Shown here: positions 38,456 through 49,135 of the stretch, piece by piece | Layout of the letters: each line of letters opens with the position of its first letter | Numbering within the stretch: the first letter of the stretch is position 1 | From: a virus | Length of the DNA: 64,000 nt | Virus record (IMG/VR): IMGVR_UViG_3300009431_000014 | Location: 5,909 to 69,908 of that record | Strand: one strand, 5' to 3' | Made by a program: the position numbers and the translations under genes | Notes under the pieces: model-generated | Databases searched by the model: none | The model's input: the letters and a program-made list of their open reading frames with translations, nothing else | Told to the model about the DNA's origin: nothing

Positions 38456-40453
38456 ATGGAAAAGACAGTTCAGGATAATACAGACTTGTTGCAAAGGATT
38501 AAAGCTAATCCTGAGTTACGAGAATTTCTGACTAAGGTTGATTATACAGAGCAGCCTGTAGATATTGTTACATTTATTACTGATCCTCAATATCTTGGCA
38601 ATGCAACCGACAAGGGTACCAAGCTCTACGACGTATGGCATAAGACTCTCCGAGAAGTTCATGCAGACGATAACATCTTTGAAGTTGTATTAACTGGATC
38701 AATCGGAACTGGTAAATCAGCTTGTGCAGATATCGGACTTGCTTATGGTCTTTATAGAGTACTGTGTCTGAAGAACCCAGAGCAATACTACAAACTATTA
38801 ATCGGTAAATCATTATCATTAGTCTTCTTCTCAATGAGTTTATCCCTCTCAGGCTCAAACAACTTCCAATCATTCCAGAATAAATTACAGTCCTCTCCAT
38901 GGTTCATGAATCGTGGAGTACTCAGAGGCAATGTCAACCCAGTTCTATACTTCGATAAAATAGATTACAAGCTCAGTTCTCCTAGATGTAGTGGAGCTGG
39001 TATGATTGGTGGAGATGTTATCGGTGGTATTTTAGATGAGATTAATACTCCTGGAGAATCCAAAGGAGTTAAAGAGAGAACATTCGCAGCATACCAATCA
39101 GTTGTAAGACGAATGGAAACTCGATTTATGGAGATGGGAAGTCTCCCAGGCTTAAAATTATACTTATGTGCGTCTAAAGATGAAGAACTCTCATTCGTTG
39201 ACCAGCATATTAATAAAAGGAAGAACTCTACAAATGTACTTGTTAAAGATATTAAGCTTTGGGAAGCTAAACCACGAGCTTACTCAGGCATGAGATTCCC
39301 AGTAGCAGTTGGAGATGCATTCAAAGTTTCTAGAATTATCCAAGAGAGTGAAAGAGCAGAGTTCATTAAATCTGGTTATACCATTGTTGATGTTCCTGAT
39401 GAGCACAGAAATGATTTTGAGTATGATCTAATCGGAGCTCTCCGAGATCTCGCAGGTGTTACTGTAGCTGGTCTTCGTAGATATAAGCTCTTCGCATCAG
39501 AAAAATTCATAAGGGAATGCTTCGATGACGCTAAGGTAGATCCTGTAGCAGGAGGCACTCTCGAGACTGGACTCAACCACGAAGTTGATTGGATTCATTA
39601 TGTTGATCTCAAGAAAATCAGAAGCGAACTATCAGATAACCATTATATCCACCTCGATATAGCTGCAGCTGGTGGGGGAGATGCAATGGGTATAGCTTGT
39701 TCTTCAGTTAAGAGGTGGATTGAAGTAGATAAAGAGAATGAAGAAGGTACATTCTCCAAAGTGAAGCTCCCAGTAGTTGAGACGGACTTCATGCTGAGGG
39801 TTAAATCTCAAGAAGGTGATCGTATCCCTCTACATATGATGCGTAGATTCATTCTTGACCTCAGAGCTAGAGGACTCCACATTAAACAATTTACTGTAGA
39901 CTTGAGACTTATGTCTGAGGATACCATTCAAATCTTAACCAAGGAAGGCATCCCAACATCTTATCTCTCAGTTGACAGAACAATTAAACCTTATATGACT
40001 TTCCGTGATCTTGTGTTCGAAAAACGTTGGATGAGTCACTATGATCCTTGGATGTATATTGAAGCTAAGAATGTCGAACATGACCGAGAGACTAACAAGA
40101 TAGATCACCCAGAGAAGGTCGAAGAGGTCGAGATACTACAAGACGGAAACGTCAGAACATTGGTCATGGATGGGAGCAAGGATATACTAGACGCAGTGGT
40201 CGCATCTACATACCAGTGTGTAACAAGCGAGAGAGCACCCATTAAGGTAGAGTCAGTAAAGAAGGTAATGGATGCAATGAAATCTGGAGCTGGGCGATCT
40301 AGTAATCCAGCCAATCTACCAGATGATTGGTTTGTAACTGACGAGTCAAAGAAGTTTCTTAAGAAGACTACTGGCAGTGGTACTATTGTCAAAGGTCAGA
40401 ATAGAGCTGAGAAAATGTTAGAAGCAATCAACGCAGTTCAGGAGGTTATCTAA
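38456..40453 (+). CDS. terL: Terminase large subunit
   Basis: PVDI.TFI.DP.YLG, GSIGTGKS Walker A, ILDE Walker B, HLDIA nuclease Asp, KIDHP..SKDILDAV. Confidence 0.88.
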   Translation: MEKTVQDNTDLLQRIKANPELREFLTKVDYTEQPVDIVTFITDPQYLGNATDKGTKLYDVWHKTLREVHADDNIFEVVLTGSIGTGKSACADIGLAYGLYRVLCLKNPEQYYKLLIGKSLSLVFFSMSLSLSGSNNFQSFQNKLQSSPWFMNRGVLRGNVNPVLYFDKIDYKLSSPRCSGAGMIGGDVIGGILDEINTPGESKGVKERTFAAYQSVVRRMETRFMEMGSLPGLKLYLCASKDEELSFVDQHINKRKNSTNVLVKDIKLWEAKPRAYSGMRFPVAVGDAFKVSRIIQESERAEFIKSGYTIVDVPDEHRNDFEYDLIGALRDLAGVTVAGLRRYKLFASEKFIRECFDDAKVDPVAGGTLETGLNHEVDWIHYVDLKKIRSELSDNHYIHLDIAAAGGGDAMGIACSSVKRWIEVDKENEEGTFSKVKLPVVETDFMLRVKSQEGDRIPLHMMRRFILDLRARGLHIKQFTVDLRLMSEDTIQILTKEGIPTSYLSVDRTIKPYMTFRDLVFEKRWMSHYDPWMYIEAKNVEHDRETNKIDHPEKVEEVEILQDGNVRTLVMDGSKDILDAVVASTYQCVTSERAPIKVESVKKVMDAMKSGAGRSSNPANLPDDWFVTDESKKFLKKTTGSGTIVKGQNRAEKMLEAINAVQEVI

Positions 40454-40455
40454 TA

Positions 40456-42264
40456 ATGGATTTCTTCGGATTCAATAAACAGAAGGATAAGATCTTTAAG
40501 AAACCGATAGATGTGCCTGTGGGTACAGCTAAGAAGATGTTTGATCCTGCACAAGCTCAGGACATCATGAAATATATAGCTTCTACTGGCTCTTATCTTG
40601 ATTCGAATCAGATGAGACAATATATCGCTAACGCACTAGCAATCGGGTACTTCAGAAGAACATTCTACAGAGAGTGCGAAGCTTCACTAGAACATCCACT
40701 AGTACTCGGAGCTGTGTTACTCTATGTAGATGCAGTAACAGCTATGAGCTCACTTACCAATAGATCAGTCTGGGTTACTTCCGAAGACAAACAACTTGAG
40801 AATCTACTCAATCAATTCTTAGAAGATGTCAGTGTTGATGAACGTCTCCGTGATTGGGCAGGTCAATTAGCAGAATATGGTGACTACTTCATCGAACCTA
40901 TAGGTAAGGACGGATTAGGAGTCACTTACCTAGATGATAATATTCATCCAGCTGATATGGAACGTATAGACATCAATGGTAGACTAGAAGGTTTCGTACG
41001 TACTGGACAATATGGTCAACAGACTACAGTCGAATCATTCTTAGAACCACCTTGGAAGTACGTTCATTTCCGTACATTCGGCTTGAGGAAGCGTACAATG
41101 CATACGACCTTCGGACTGTTCGGGCAACCAGATCAAGGCGTACAGTACCAAATTGTACAGGGAAACCAAGGTTATAGAGTTACTACTCGTTATGGAACAC
41201 CTATTATAGCACCTTCAGTGCCAGTATTCAAAAGACTCAAAATGTGTGAAGATAGTGTATTAATGAGTAGATATACAAGAGGAATACTATGGTATCTATA
41301 TCATATCAAAATAAAAGGAGGCAACTTCGACTCTGCTTCAGCTCTAGCTAAGGCTTATGCTACTCTACTTAAGAGAAGACAATCGATGTCCGTAGATGGA
41401 TCAGATCAACAGTGGAAGGATCGATTCTCACCAGTGTTCGGTCAAATTGAAGATGTATTCGTACCTGAGTCGGATGATATGGAAGTTACGGTAGATAAAA
41501 TGGGTGGTGAACCAGACATAAGAGCTCTCGCAGATATTGATCTGCTTACTAATCAATTACTCGGAGCACTGAGAGTTAGTAAGTCTATGCTGGGAATTAC
41601 AGATGATCTACCTGGAGCATTCGGTGAGAGTGCAGCTAGACGAATAAGTATTAACTTCGCTAAGAATGCACACACATTACAGGACGCACTTAATGCTGGT
41701 CTTAAGAGACTCTGTCAGATACACCTTGCTTATCTCAATAAGAATCCTGACCCGAGTAGATTCGAATTGAACTTCGCAGCTATAAGCTCAGCTGAAGAAG
41801 AGGAGCTCAAGAATGGTTTAGATACGGGGGTTGATGTAGCAGAGAAATTAATAGAGCTCATTGGTTCTCAAGTAGGTGAGGAGAATCTCAAGAAGGGTGA
41901 GCTATTAGATTACATCAACCAGAAGATACTTAAGTTGGATGATCTTGACCTAACTAAGTTAGTGAAGAACCCAGAGGAGTTAGATTATGCTCTCCAAGAT
42001 ATTAAAGCTAAGGAGTCATTCAAGAAAAGATTGCCTAAGTCAATTAGTGGAGATCTGTATTCATACTTACCAGTAGTGAATGGGAAGAAGACGGAATTGA
42101 CAGAAGCTCAGATAAAAGCTAAGGTTGATCCTAAGTCATTGAACCAGCCGTCTCAAGTATTCAAGCTCAATGAGACAGGCAAGCTCAGTAAGATCACAAG
42201 GGAATGGAAGCCTAGCAAGTTGAAGCTTAATATTAAGGAAGAGAATCAGGAGGCAAATAAGTGA
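40456..42264 (+). CDS. Portal protein (T4 gp20-like)
   Basis: Follows terL; YGDYF, YVHFR, RYG.PI, LK.CEDSVL.SR..R, EDVFVP, AL.V.KS.LG. Confidence 0.8.
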   Translation: MDFFGFNKQKDKIFKKPIDVPVGTAKKMFDPAQAQDIMKYIASTGSYLDSNQMRQYIANALAIGYFRRTFYRECEASLEHPLVLGAVLLYVDAVTAMSSLTNRSVWVTSEDKQLENLLNQFLEDVSVDERLRDWAGQLAEYGDYFIEPIGKDGLGVTYLDDNIHPADMERIDINGRLEGFVRTGQYGQQTTVESFLEPPWKYVHFRTFGLRKRTMHTTFGLFGQPDQGVQYQIVQGNQGYRVTTRYGTPIIAPSVPVFKRLKMCEDSVLMSRYTRGILWYLYHIKIKGGNFDSASALAKAYATLLKRRQSMSVDGSDQQWKDRFSPVFGQIEDVFVPESDDMEVTVDKMGGEPDIRALADIDLLTNQLLGALRVSKSMLGITDDLPGAFGESAARRISINFAKNAHTLQDALNAGLKRLCQIHLAYLNKNPDPSRFELNFAAISSAEEEELKNGLDTGVDVAEKLIELIGSQVGEENLKKGELLDYINQKILKLDDLDLTKLVKNPEELDYALQDIKAKESFKKRLPKSISGDLYSYLPVVNGKKTELTEAQIKAKVDPKSLNQPSQVFKLNETGKLSKITREWKPSKLKLNIKEENQEANK

Positions 42265-42378
42265 GTAAGAGGTACAGTTCCGTATTAGCTTGTGTATGGG
42301 ATATGCCGACTAACTTAAGATTCAAACTCAAGTTAACTTATGTGATACTACTCAAGAAGATTAGAAGGAGATTGACTG

Positions 42379-42786
42379 ATGAAGGATAAAGTTACTCAGA
42401 AATATACGAAGCTCCATAGTCTCTATTCTGGTACCAAGAATGAAGCAATCAATAAGGTACTCAAGGAAGCAGAGAACTCTATCCTTGAGAATCGTTATGA
42501 TGAGGCAGATAAATTACTGTCTACCCTGAAGACCAGAGAACAGTTGATTGATAAGATCATGAGTTACATCCATGGTAAGCCAGTACATAAGACATTGAAG
42601 AGAATCTCTGAGGGTAAGATAAAGAATCCTTATGAAGCACTGACTGGACTCAGCTCGTTGTTCACACATATATGTATTGAAGCGGAGCGTGGTTCTACTG
42701 AGTATCATGGCATTCTTAGAGAATTGAATCTGAAGGTTGGTAAGTTACTTAATTTAGAGATAGATATAAACGAGGCTTTAAAATGA
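42379..42786 (+). CDS. Hypothetical protein
   Basis: 135-aa ORF with RBS. Confidence 0.55.
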   Translation: MKDKVTQKYTKLHSLYSGTKNEAINKVLKEAENSILENRYDEADKLLSTLKTREQLIDKIMSYIHGKPVHKTLKRISEGKIKNPYEALTGLSSLFTHICIEAERGSTEYHGILRELNLKVGKLLNLEIDINEALK

Positions 42787-42948
42787 AGTACTTATTAATC
42801 GTTGTGGGGATCATAGTCATCTGTCTAGCACTAATGGGTGGTTGTGCAATAATGAATCTCACTAAGTTAGCAGGTTGATTTTGAGCTCAGGAGTTAGTCA
42901 AACCACGGGGATGAATCAAAACAGCGAACCTATTAAGGAGGATGTATA

Positions 42949-43329
42949 ATGAGTGACTTATTAAAGAAGTTACATGGAGTACACGAATCGATATTGCCAG
43001 ACAATATTCAGACATTAGCGGATAAGATCCATCAAGACTTATCAGCATCCGCTGGGAACACTAGTTATCGTTATGATGGTGGTGGAATCAAAGTCAAGAT
43101 AGGCGATATCCAGGACACCGATTCTGAGACAACATACGGAGCTATCACAGTAACTCTCAATAGGAAAGAGTTAGGACTCGATCCTACTAAGGAACAGATG
43201 CAAGCTATTGTAGATAATATATTCGGCACACATCCTGGCATGCAAGTCTATGGTGGTAACATCCAAGACTTAAGAGTTGACAAAGACATTATCCAGTTGG
43301 AAGTCAATGATGTAACGGTACCGATGTGA
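42949..43329 (+). CDS. Putative internal head protein
   Basis: MSDLLKKLHGVHES leader shared with other late proteins. Confidence 0.45.
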   Translation: MSDLLKKLHGVHESILPDNIQTLADKIHQDLSASAGNTSYRYDGGGIKVKIGDIQDTDSETTYGAITVTLNRKELGLDPTKEQMQAIVDNIFGTHPGMQVYGGNIQDLRVDKDIIQLEVNDVTVPM

Positions 43330-43627
43330 GGGATCATGAATAAGACTGAGTTAAAATACGGGAGAGAATGGGTAGCACGAGCAGCTTCACTTATAGCGAA
43401 CCTACTCTATTCAGCATGGCGTGATCTCGTTATCGAGACTGATAGTGACGTAGATCCGAGGGTCTTCTTTGAGAGTGAATACTTACTGAGTATCCATCCG
43501 ACTAAAGCGGACTGGCTCGAGATAGTCTATAAGTTCTTCATGTGGGAAGTAACAGGACGCAGAACGTACACTACCGATTTCGAAGACTACGCAATGGGTG
43601 GTCTGGGAGCATTAAAGGAAATGTATA

Positions 43628-44392
43628 ATGAATAAGATGTTAACAGCTTTACAAGATGTAATCGACATACAAGTAGCTGAGCCTACAGTGAAGAAGGATC
43701 CCTACATGAGAGGCATGGCTAATGGTCTACTTTGTGCTCAATCAGTACTCACTGGCATTGAGCCTAACTACATTACCCAGGAGAGACTATTGAAGCAATT
43801 ACAAGAGACGCCATTCGAGACTGAGCAAGAACAATTCTTTGAGGAGAGAACGAACAAACACATCGGCTTAGTTAAGGAAGTAATAAGTCAATTAGTTAAT
43901 AAGATGCCAGAACTCTCTGATCTTACTGCAAGAGGTGAGATACATGATGCAAGTAAATTCGAAGAGCCAGAACGTACTCCGTATATCTCTCTTACTTGGA
44001 GACACAAGTTGGAGAAAGAGAATGGTGAGCATGACCCGTATCATGATAAAGGTTATCAGACACCTGGCATGTTGACCAAAGAAGATGAGAACAAAGCTAC
44101 CCTACATCATGTGACTACTAATTCTCATCATCCTGAATATCATTTGACAGATAAGAGTGACGCAAATATAGATGCTGAGGACAGGGACAAATCAGTACAA
44201 TGTATTGATGCGAGTGCGATGGGGGAGCTTGACGTATATGAAATGGTTTGTGACTGGGTTGCGATGAGTAGAGAGTTAGGTACGAATACTGCAAGACAAT
44301 GGTTCGATAAGCAACAAGGAGTCAGGTGGCAGTTCTCTGAGCACCAAGTTGAGCTAATTGATAAAGCATTGAAGGTATTAGAAAATGAATAA
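43628..44392 (+). CDS. DUF5662-like HD-type protein with MNKML leader
   Basis: HDASK, LHH...NSHHPEY, EMVCDWVAMS. Confidence 0.65.
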   Translation: MNKMLTALQDVIDIQVAEPTVKKDPYMRGMANGLLCAQSVLTGIEPNYITQERLLKQLQETPFETEQEQFFEERTNKHIGLVKEVISQLVNKMPELSDLTARGEIHDASKFEEPERTPYISLTWRHKLEKENGEHDPYHDKGYQTPGMLTKEDENKATLHHVTTNSHHPEYHLTDKSDANIDAEDRDKSVQCIDASAMGELDVYEMVCDWVAMSRELGTNTARQWFDKQQGVRWQFSEHQVELIDKALKVLENE

Positions 44393-44927
44393 GATGCTAA
44401 AAAGATTACAAGAAGTAACTCTAAGCGAAGAGAAGGACTCTGAAGCTATTATTGAGTTAGAGGGTCAGATAACAGAACTCGAAGTGCAGCCTTCTCCAGG
44501 TGAGAAAACTGCACTTGAATATCTGCATAAGGCGGTTGATCATTTGAAGAGTGGTGATACCAATTCCGCTGTTCATCAGATTGATCGTATTCTCAAGGAT
44601 GGGGCGATCAATCCTCATCGGTTAGATACCTTAAGAGACCTCCGTGATAAGTTAGCAGGAGATACAGCGTCTCGACTAGGGTTCTTGAGTTTCAAGAGTC
44701 AGTCGGCTATCGATAGAGTGTTCGGTGAAGGTAAGGCTCCTAAGGTGGAACCTAACCGAACATATCGCATTCTTAAGAAAGATCGTTCGGCTTCTAGACA
44801 TGCGGGGACATATATCTATTACACCATAGAAGTGGATGGGGAGGAATACCGTTTCGATTGGAACTCAACACGTGAAGGTGACCGTCTCTCTGCCATCGGA
44901 GTGGCGTTCACGAAGGAGGAGAAATGA
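44385..44927 (+). CDS. Putative internal head protein (MNKMLKRLQE leader)
   Basis: Shared N-terminal leader with an unrelated body. Confidence 0.5.
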   Translation: MNKMLKRLQEVTLSEEKDSEAIIELEGQITELEVQPSPGEKTALEYLHKAVDHLKSGDTNSAVHQIDRILKDGAINPHRLDTLRDLRDKLAGDTASRLGFLSFKSQSAIDRVFGEGKAPKVEPNRTYRILKKDRSASRHAGTYIYYTIEVDGEEYRFDWNSTREGDRLSAIGVAFTKEEK

Positions 44928-45556
44928 ATAAGATGCTAAAGAAACTACAAGAAGCTAAGTTCGATGAACACCGAGGATACCTTTCTAATGCATTGGATCA
45001 AATAGGACTCAACTATCAATCAGTCTACTATCTTCAGCGTGGTAGTCACGTATTTGTGATATACAATTCTGGGGATGAGAGCAAGGAATACAAGCTCTCA
45101 GAGATCCTGTCAAGTGCTGTGTATGATAGACTCAGTGATTATTTGCCTCCATCAGATGTTGAGATGATTAAAGCTGGACAGAAAAGGTTCACTCGATACA
45201 CGGATGCGAGAGAACCACTGATTCGGAATACTTCCAAGGTTGTGGTTATCGATCAGAATGGTAAAGTCAGAGATGAGATCGAGGAGAGAAAATTAAAAGA
45301 ACAGTATCATGTTTCTCTGGTCTCTGATAATGGGAAGTATCACCTAGAGGATCCCAAAGGTAGAACCTCTTCAACCCAGGATAAACCAGGGATGACACAA
45401 TTACTCAGAGCTATCGGAGCTAGGAAATCAGGTGTCAGCGTACAAGATCTCAGCACCTTTGTTGATAAAGCTGGGAAGACTCAAATTGATGTAGATCCTC
45501 GTAGACTGTTCGAGTTGATCCCACAATTCCGACCTGATAAGAAGGAGAAGAAATGA
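44924..45556 (+). CDS. Putative internal head protein (MNKMLKKLQE leader)
   Basis: Shared N-terminal leader. Confidence 0.5.
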   Translation: MNKMLKKLQEAKFDEHRGYLSNALDQIGLNYQSVYYLQRGSHVFVIYNSGDESKEYKLSEILSSAVYDRLSDYLPPSDVEMIKAGQKRFTRYTDAREPLIRNTSKVVVIDQNGKVRDEIEERKLKEQYHVSLVSDNGKYHLEDPKGRTSSTQDKPGMTQLLRAIGARKSGVSVQDLSTFVDKAGKTQIDVDPRRLFELIPQFRPDKKEKK

Positions 45557-46224
45557 ATAATATGCTAAAAAGATTACAAGAAGTAACTCTAAGCGGAGAG
45601 AAGGACACTCCAGAGCTGATTAAAGAGTCAACCGAGTACTGGGAGAACTTGTCACAAGCAGACTTCGCTAGTAAGATCGAGGATCTCAGTCAAGATAGTC
45701 TCAAAGAGTTAGCAACCAAACTCAAGGGTGAAAGATTGGACCTAGTAAATAAAGCTCTCAAGAAGACATCCCCAGTAGGTGAGACCCTCAGCGAAGATTG
45801 GGCTAGCAAAGAGTTCCAAGAGCTCTCCCATAAGCTGATGCCACCGCAGGGTCCAGCTGATACAGTTGAGGGCGAGTTATTGAGAGCAGTGAATAAGTTA
45901 GTCTATCGATATTATAATGACGGAGACTATTTCTACCAAGGTTACGGAGTACACACTGCAGGAGCACCAGTAGCATTCTTACTCGATATGGCAGCTAAGC
46001 TACACATTGAAGACTTAACCAATTTAATTGATAAAGCAGTCGGTCTCACTGATGACGAATATGAAGGTGCACTCCGCTATATTGAGGAAGCAGTGCTAGC
46101 TTATGTGAAGAGCAAAGAGGGTAAGTATACTGAGAACCAGTATGACATGCTTTCGAAGACTTACACTAAGTACGCTAACTCTCAGTGGGATTCATCTGAG
46201 GGTGACGAAGAAGAGGAGTATTAA
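45553..46224 (+). CDS. Putative internal head protein (MNNMLKRLQE leader)
   Basis: First 54 nt differ at only 2 positions from the 44385 gene; body has GPADTVEGELLRAV..YYNDGD. Confidence 0.5.
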   Translation: MNNMLKRLQEVTLSGEKDTPELIKESTEYWENLSQADFASKIEDLSQDSLKELATKLKGERLDLVNKALKKTSPVGETLSEDWASKEFQELSHKLMPPQGPADTVEGELLRAVNKLVYRYYNDGDYFYQGYGVHTAGAPVAFLLDMAAKLHIEDLTNLIDKAVGLTDDEYEGALRYIEEAVLAYVKSKEGKYTENQYDMLSKTYTKYANSQWDSSEGDEEEEY

Positions 46225-46226
46225 TT

Positions 46227-46604
46227 ATGGATCCATTAAAGGACGCTTTCATTGATACGGTTTGTAAGGATATGGTTGGTATTCCCGAGGAGTCTAAGGA
46301 GACCAAGTCGTCAGCTGATCCACTTAAGGATTCATTTGTAGGTGAGGCTATTAAGGATCTCAATGGTGGAGCTCCCGCAGATAACCAGAAGGTTAACAAG
46401 AGCTTGACCGATGTAGGTGCTTTGCCTGAGGGGGACGCCAAACGAGAGCACCTTCTAAATAATTTCGCTGAGTCGGTATTCAGCGGTAAGCCGACAGATC
46501 AGCAGACCACCCCAGAGAAGGAGGTCAATGTTGAATCGGTAAAGTCAGACGCAGATAAAGAATCACAATCGGTATTAAGAAACCTGTTAAAGGGACTAAA
46601 TTAA
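46227..46604 (+). CDS. Hypothetical acidic protein with repeated DPLKD motif
   Basis: MDPLKDAF / ADPLKDSF. Confidence 0.55.
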   Translation: MDPLKDAFIDTVCKDMVGIPEESKETKSSADPLKDSFVGEAIKDLNGGAPADNQKVNKSLTDVGALPEGDAKREHLLNNFAESVFSGKPTDQQTTPEKEVNVESVKSDADKESQSVLRNLLKGLN

Positions 46605-46618
46605 AAGGAGGGAATAAA

Positions 46619-49135
46619 ATGTTATTCAAAGACACAAAGAAAGCATTGGGTAGCTTAAGGTCACCGCAGTCAACCGTTAAAGAGCAAGAAGTAGCATTCA
46701 GTGGGAATAAAAAGGATGCCACTCTTGATCTGTTTAATCGGTCTCGTACCGTCTTAGATGGTCAGCAGCCTGATCCGAAAGCTACACAAGACGCTCTGAT
46801 AAAGAAGTTACTTGAAATGTCCGATAAAACACAGGACAAAGAACCTCTCTCAGAGGAGAAGCAGTACTTGGGTATGTCTGGTCAGGATAGTTATTACGTT
46901 GAGGTTAACCAGAACGAGGAGACAAGAAACGTTGATAGTGTGATTGTGTATGATGCTGCTGGTGAGGAGCTTGACACACTCTCCAAAGAGGAAGATGTTG
47001 AACTCACTCCAGTGGAAGCACTGTCTGAGTTGGTGGATAAATATAACTTGGATAGTGTGAGCTATAAGCTTCTTGTAGATTTGGGTGTCCTCAAGGAAGA
47101 AGAGCCTGAACCTGCACCTGCTGAAGAAGAGACTCCTGAAGAAGGCGAACCTGAGGATGAGGAGACTCCCGAGGAGGAAGAGGTAGAAGAGCCTGCTGAG
47201 TCTCTAGCTGTTGATGATGTGATCATGATCGAAGGTAAGCGTGCTGTTGTCAAGGAAGTACTTGACGAAGAGGACTCATATGTTGTTGAGTTCACTCCCG
47301 AGGACTCCAAGACAATGAAGAAAGCTGCGGTCATGGACGCATGTGGTTCCAAGAAGTTAATCACCAAGGTCAAAGAAGCAGAAGAGCCTACAATCATCAC
47401 TCGTAGTATGGCAGATCTCGATAAAGACGAAGAGGGTGCTGTCTCTAAGGAGTGGGAGAAACATTTCGGAGCCTCAGCTGTACCCGAAGAACTAGCGTTC
47501 GCAGATGATCTCACTGCTAAGCAGTATAACTTACTAGCAGCACTGTTGGTTAAGAAAGAGAGTAATCCCTTTTACACTTCTTATGTCGGTGAGATTGACG
47601 ATGTCCCTGCGATACTGTCGAATGCGAGCGGACACAAATACATCTCAGTGGATGCAGCTCATAAGGATGTGTTAAGATCCTTCTTAGCCAAACATGGAGT
47701 CAAAGAAGCAGCAGTTGACACAGATCAGACTCCGAAGAATGAGCCTGCCGTTGACACTGCGGATAAAGATAAAGGTAAGGGTGGTAAGGTCAACACTGAT
47801 AACCCAGAGGGGAAGCCTAAGGATAAAGAAGCAATCACTCAGCCTAAACCTACGGATGACAAGCAGGGTAAGGATGGAGCACCTGCAGTTGCTGGAGCTA
47901 AGGTACAGCCTGATAAAGGAGACACCACTCCGCCTAAGCAGGGATCAGGTTCTTATCAAGGTGACAAGACCAAGACTGGCGATCCTAAGGTTGACGGAGC
48001 TAAGGTAGTTCCTGGTAAGGGTGAAGATAAGGATGCTGTGAAACCTGGATCTCCAGGTGGCAGTGCGGATATCGGTGTGGTTGGTACTCAGATTGTAGCT
48101 TCAGTCCAGGAGTTGGCTGAGTCGCTGAACATGAGCGTTTACGATATCATCGACGCTATGAAGAAGAAACTCGAAGCAAAGGATTGTGCGACCAAGACTT
48201 ATAAAGGAAAGAAAAAGGTCAAGGATTCCGTTGAGGACTTCAAGGAAAGTTCTCCTCCGAATAGGATCTTCTCTCAAGAGGAATATGCCCAAGAAGTATC
48301 GGGAGGTGAGGAAGATCTTGCTAAGATGAAGGAACTTCCAGGGTTCAGTAGTGGGTTAGGGTTGATGTTGGTAGAACCTAATGATAAAACGGGAGCTTAT
48401 GATACGCTCAAAAGGAAGCTGGATCAGCAGCATCCTGAGAACGAAGAGATAGCCAGTGCAGTATTCGAACTCGAGCCAGGACAGTATGCGATTAGACATG
48501 GCAAGGGTGTGATGTGGACTTTCGTTATTCAGAACAGAGTCAAAGTTGACGCACCTAAAGAAGGGAAGGTAGCCAAGGTCGCAACGGACGATCCTGCTAA
48601 GCAAGCCAAGGATCTCCTTGAGAAGTTGACCGAGGAACAGAAGGCTGATTATAATACGAAACTCTCAGCCCTTGAGAAAGAGCTCGAAGATAAGAAACTC
48701 ACTCAGGATGAGTTCAACCAGAAATCGGATGAGCTCTTAAAGTCTTATCAGGCTGAACCTGAGGGTACCAAGGAATCCAAAAAGGATGGCAACGTCATTG
48801 ATGGGTTGCTAAAGAAGTACGGTCTTAAGGAAGCGTCAATCCAGGATCTTGAAGCTATCGCAAGAGACTTCGCTGACGGAGAGGAGTTAGTAACTCTGTT
48901 AAAAGCTCAACCTTCTTATAGCTCTGGGTTAGGCTATATAGTGACTTCTCCAGAAGAGGATACATCCGTTTATGACCAGCTCCTCAAGAAGTACCCAGCG
49001 GAGGACTGGCAGCTAAAAGGAGACGGAGTTTGGTTAGTCGCTGAGGTTGATAGTGGGATCTTCGTTGCCAAACGTGACGATAAAGACAGTTCTCCAGGTG
49101 TGTTCTTACAACAGAGGAGAGCGGATCTAAGATGA
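46619..49135 (+). CDS. Large acidic low-complexity protein, probable prohead core / internal protein
   Basis: 838 aa, Glu/Asp/Lys-rich, many (L/V)KE motifs, two SSGLG domains; lies in the head module. Confidence 0.5.
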   Translation: MLFKDTKKALGSLRSPQSTVKEQEVAFSGNKKDATLDLFNRSRTVLDGQQPDPKATQDALIKKLLEMSDKTQDKEPLSEEKQYLGMSGQDSYYVEVNQNEETRNVDSVIVYDAAGEELDTLSKEEDVELTPVEALSELVDKYNLDSVSYKLLVDLGVLKEEEPEPAPAEEETPEEGEPEDEETPEEEEVEEPAESLAVDDVIMIEGKRAVVKEVLDEEDSYVVEFTPEDSKTMKKAAVMDACGSKKLITKVKEAEEPTIITRSMADLDKDEEGAVSKEWEKHFGASAVPEELAFADDLTAKQYNLLAALLVKKESNPFYTSYVGEIDDVPAILSNASGHKYISVDAAHKDVLRSFLAKHGVKEAAVDTDQTPKNEPAVDTADKDKGKGGKVNTDNPEGKPKDKEAITQPKPTDDKQGKDGAPAVAGAKVQPDKGDTTPPKQGSGSYQGDKTKTGDPKVDGAKVVPGKGEDKDAVKPGSPGGSADIGVVGTQIVASVQELAESLNMSVYDIIDAMKKKLEAKDCATKTYKGKKKVKDSVEDFKESSPPNRIFSQEEYAQEVSGGEEDLAKMKELPGFSSGLGLMLVEPNDKTGAYDTLKRKLDQQHPENEEIASAVFELEPGQYAIRHGKGVMWTFVIQNRVKVDAPKEGKVAKVATDDPAKQAKDLLEKLTEEQKADYNTKLSALEKELEDKKLTQDEFNQKSDELLKSYQAEPEGTKESKKDGNVIDGLLKKYGLKEASIQDLEAIARDFADGEELVTLLKAQPSYSSGLGYIVTSPEEDTSVYDQLLKKYPAEDWQLKGDGVWLVAEVDSGIFVAKRDDKDSSPGVFLQQRRADLR

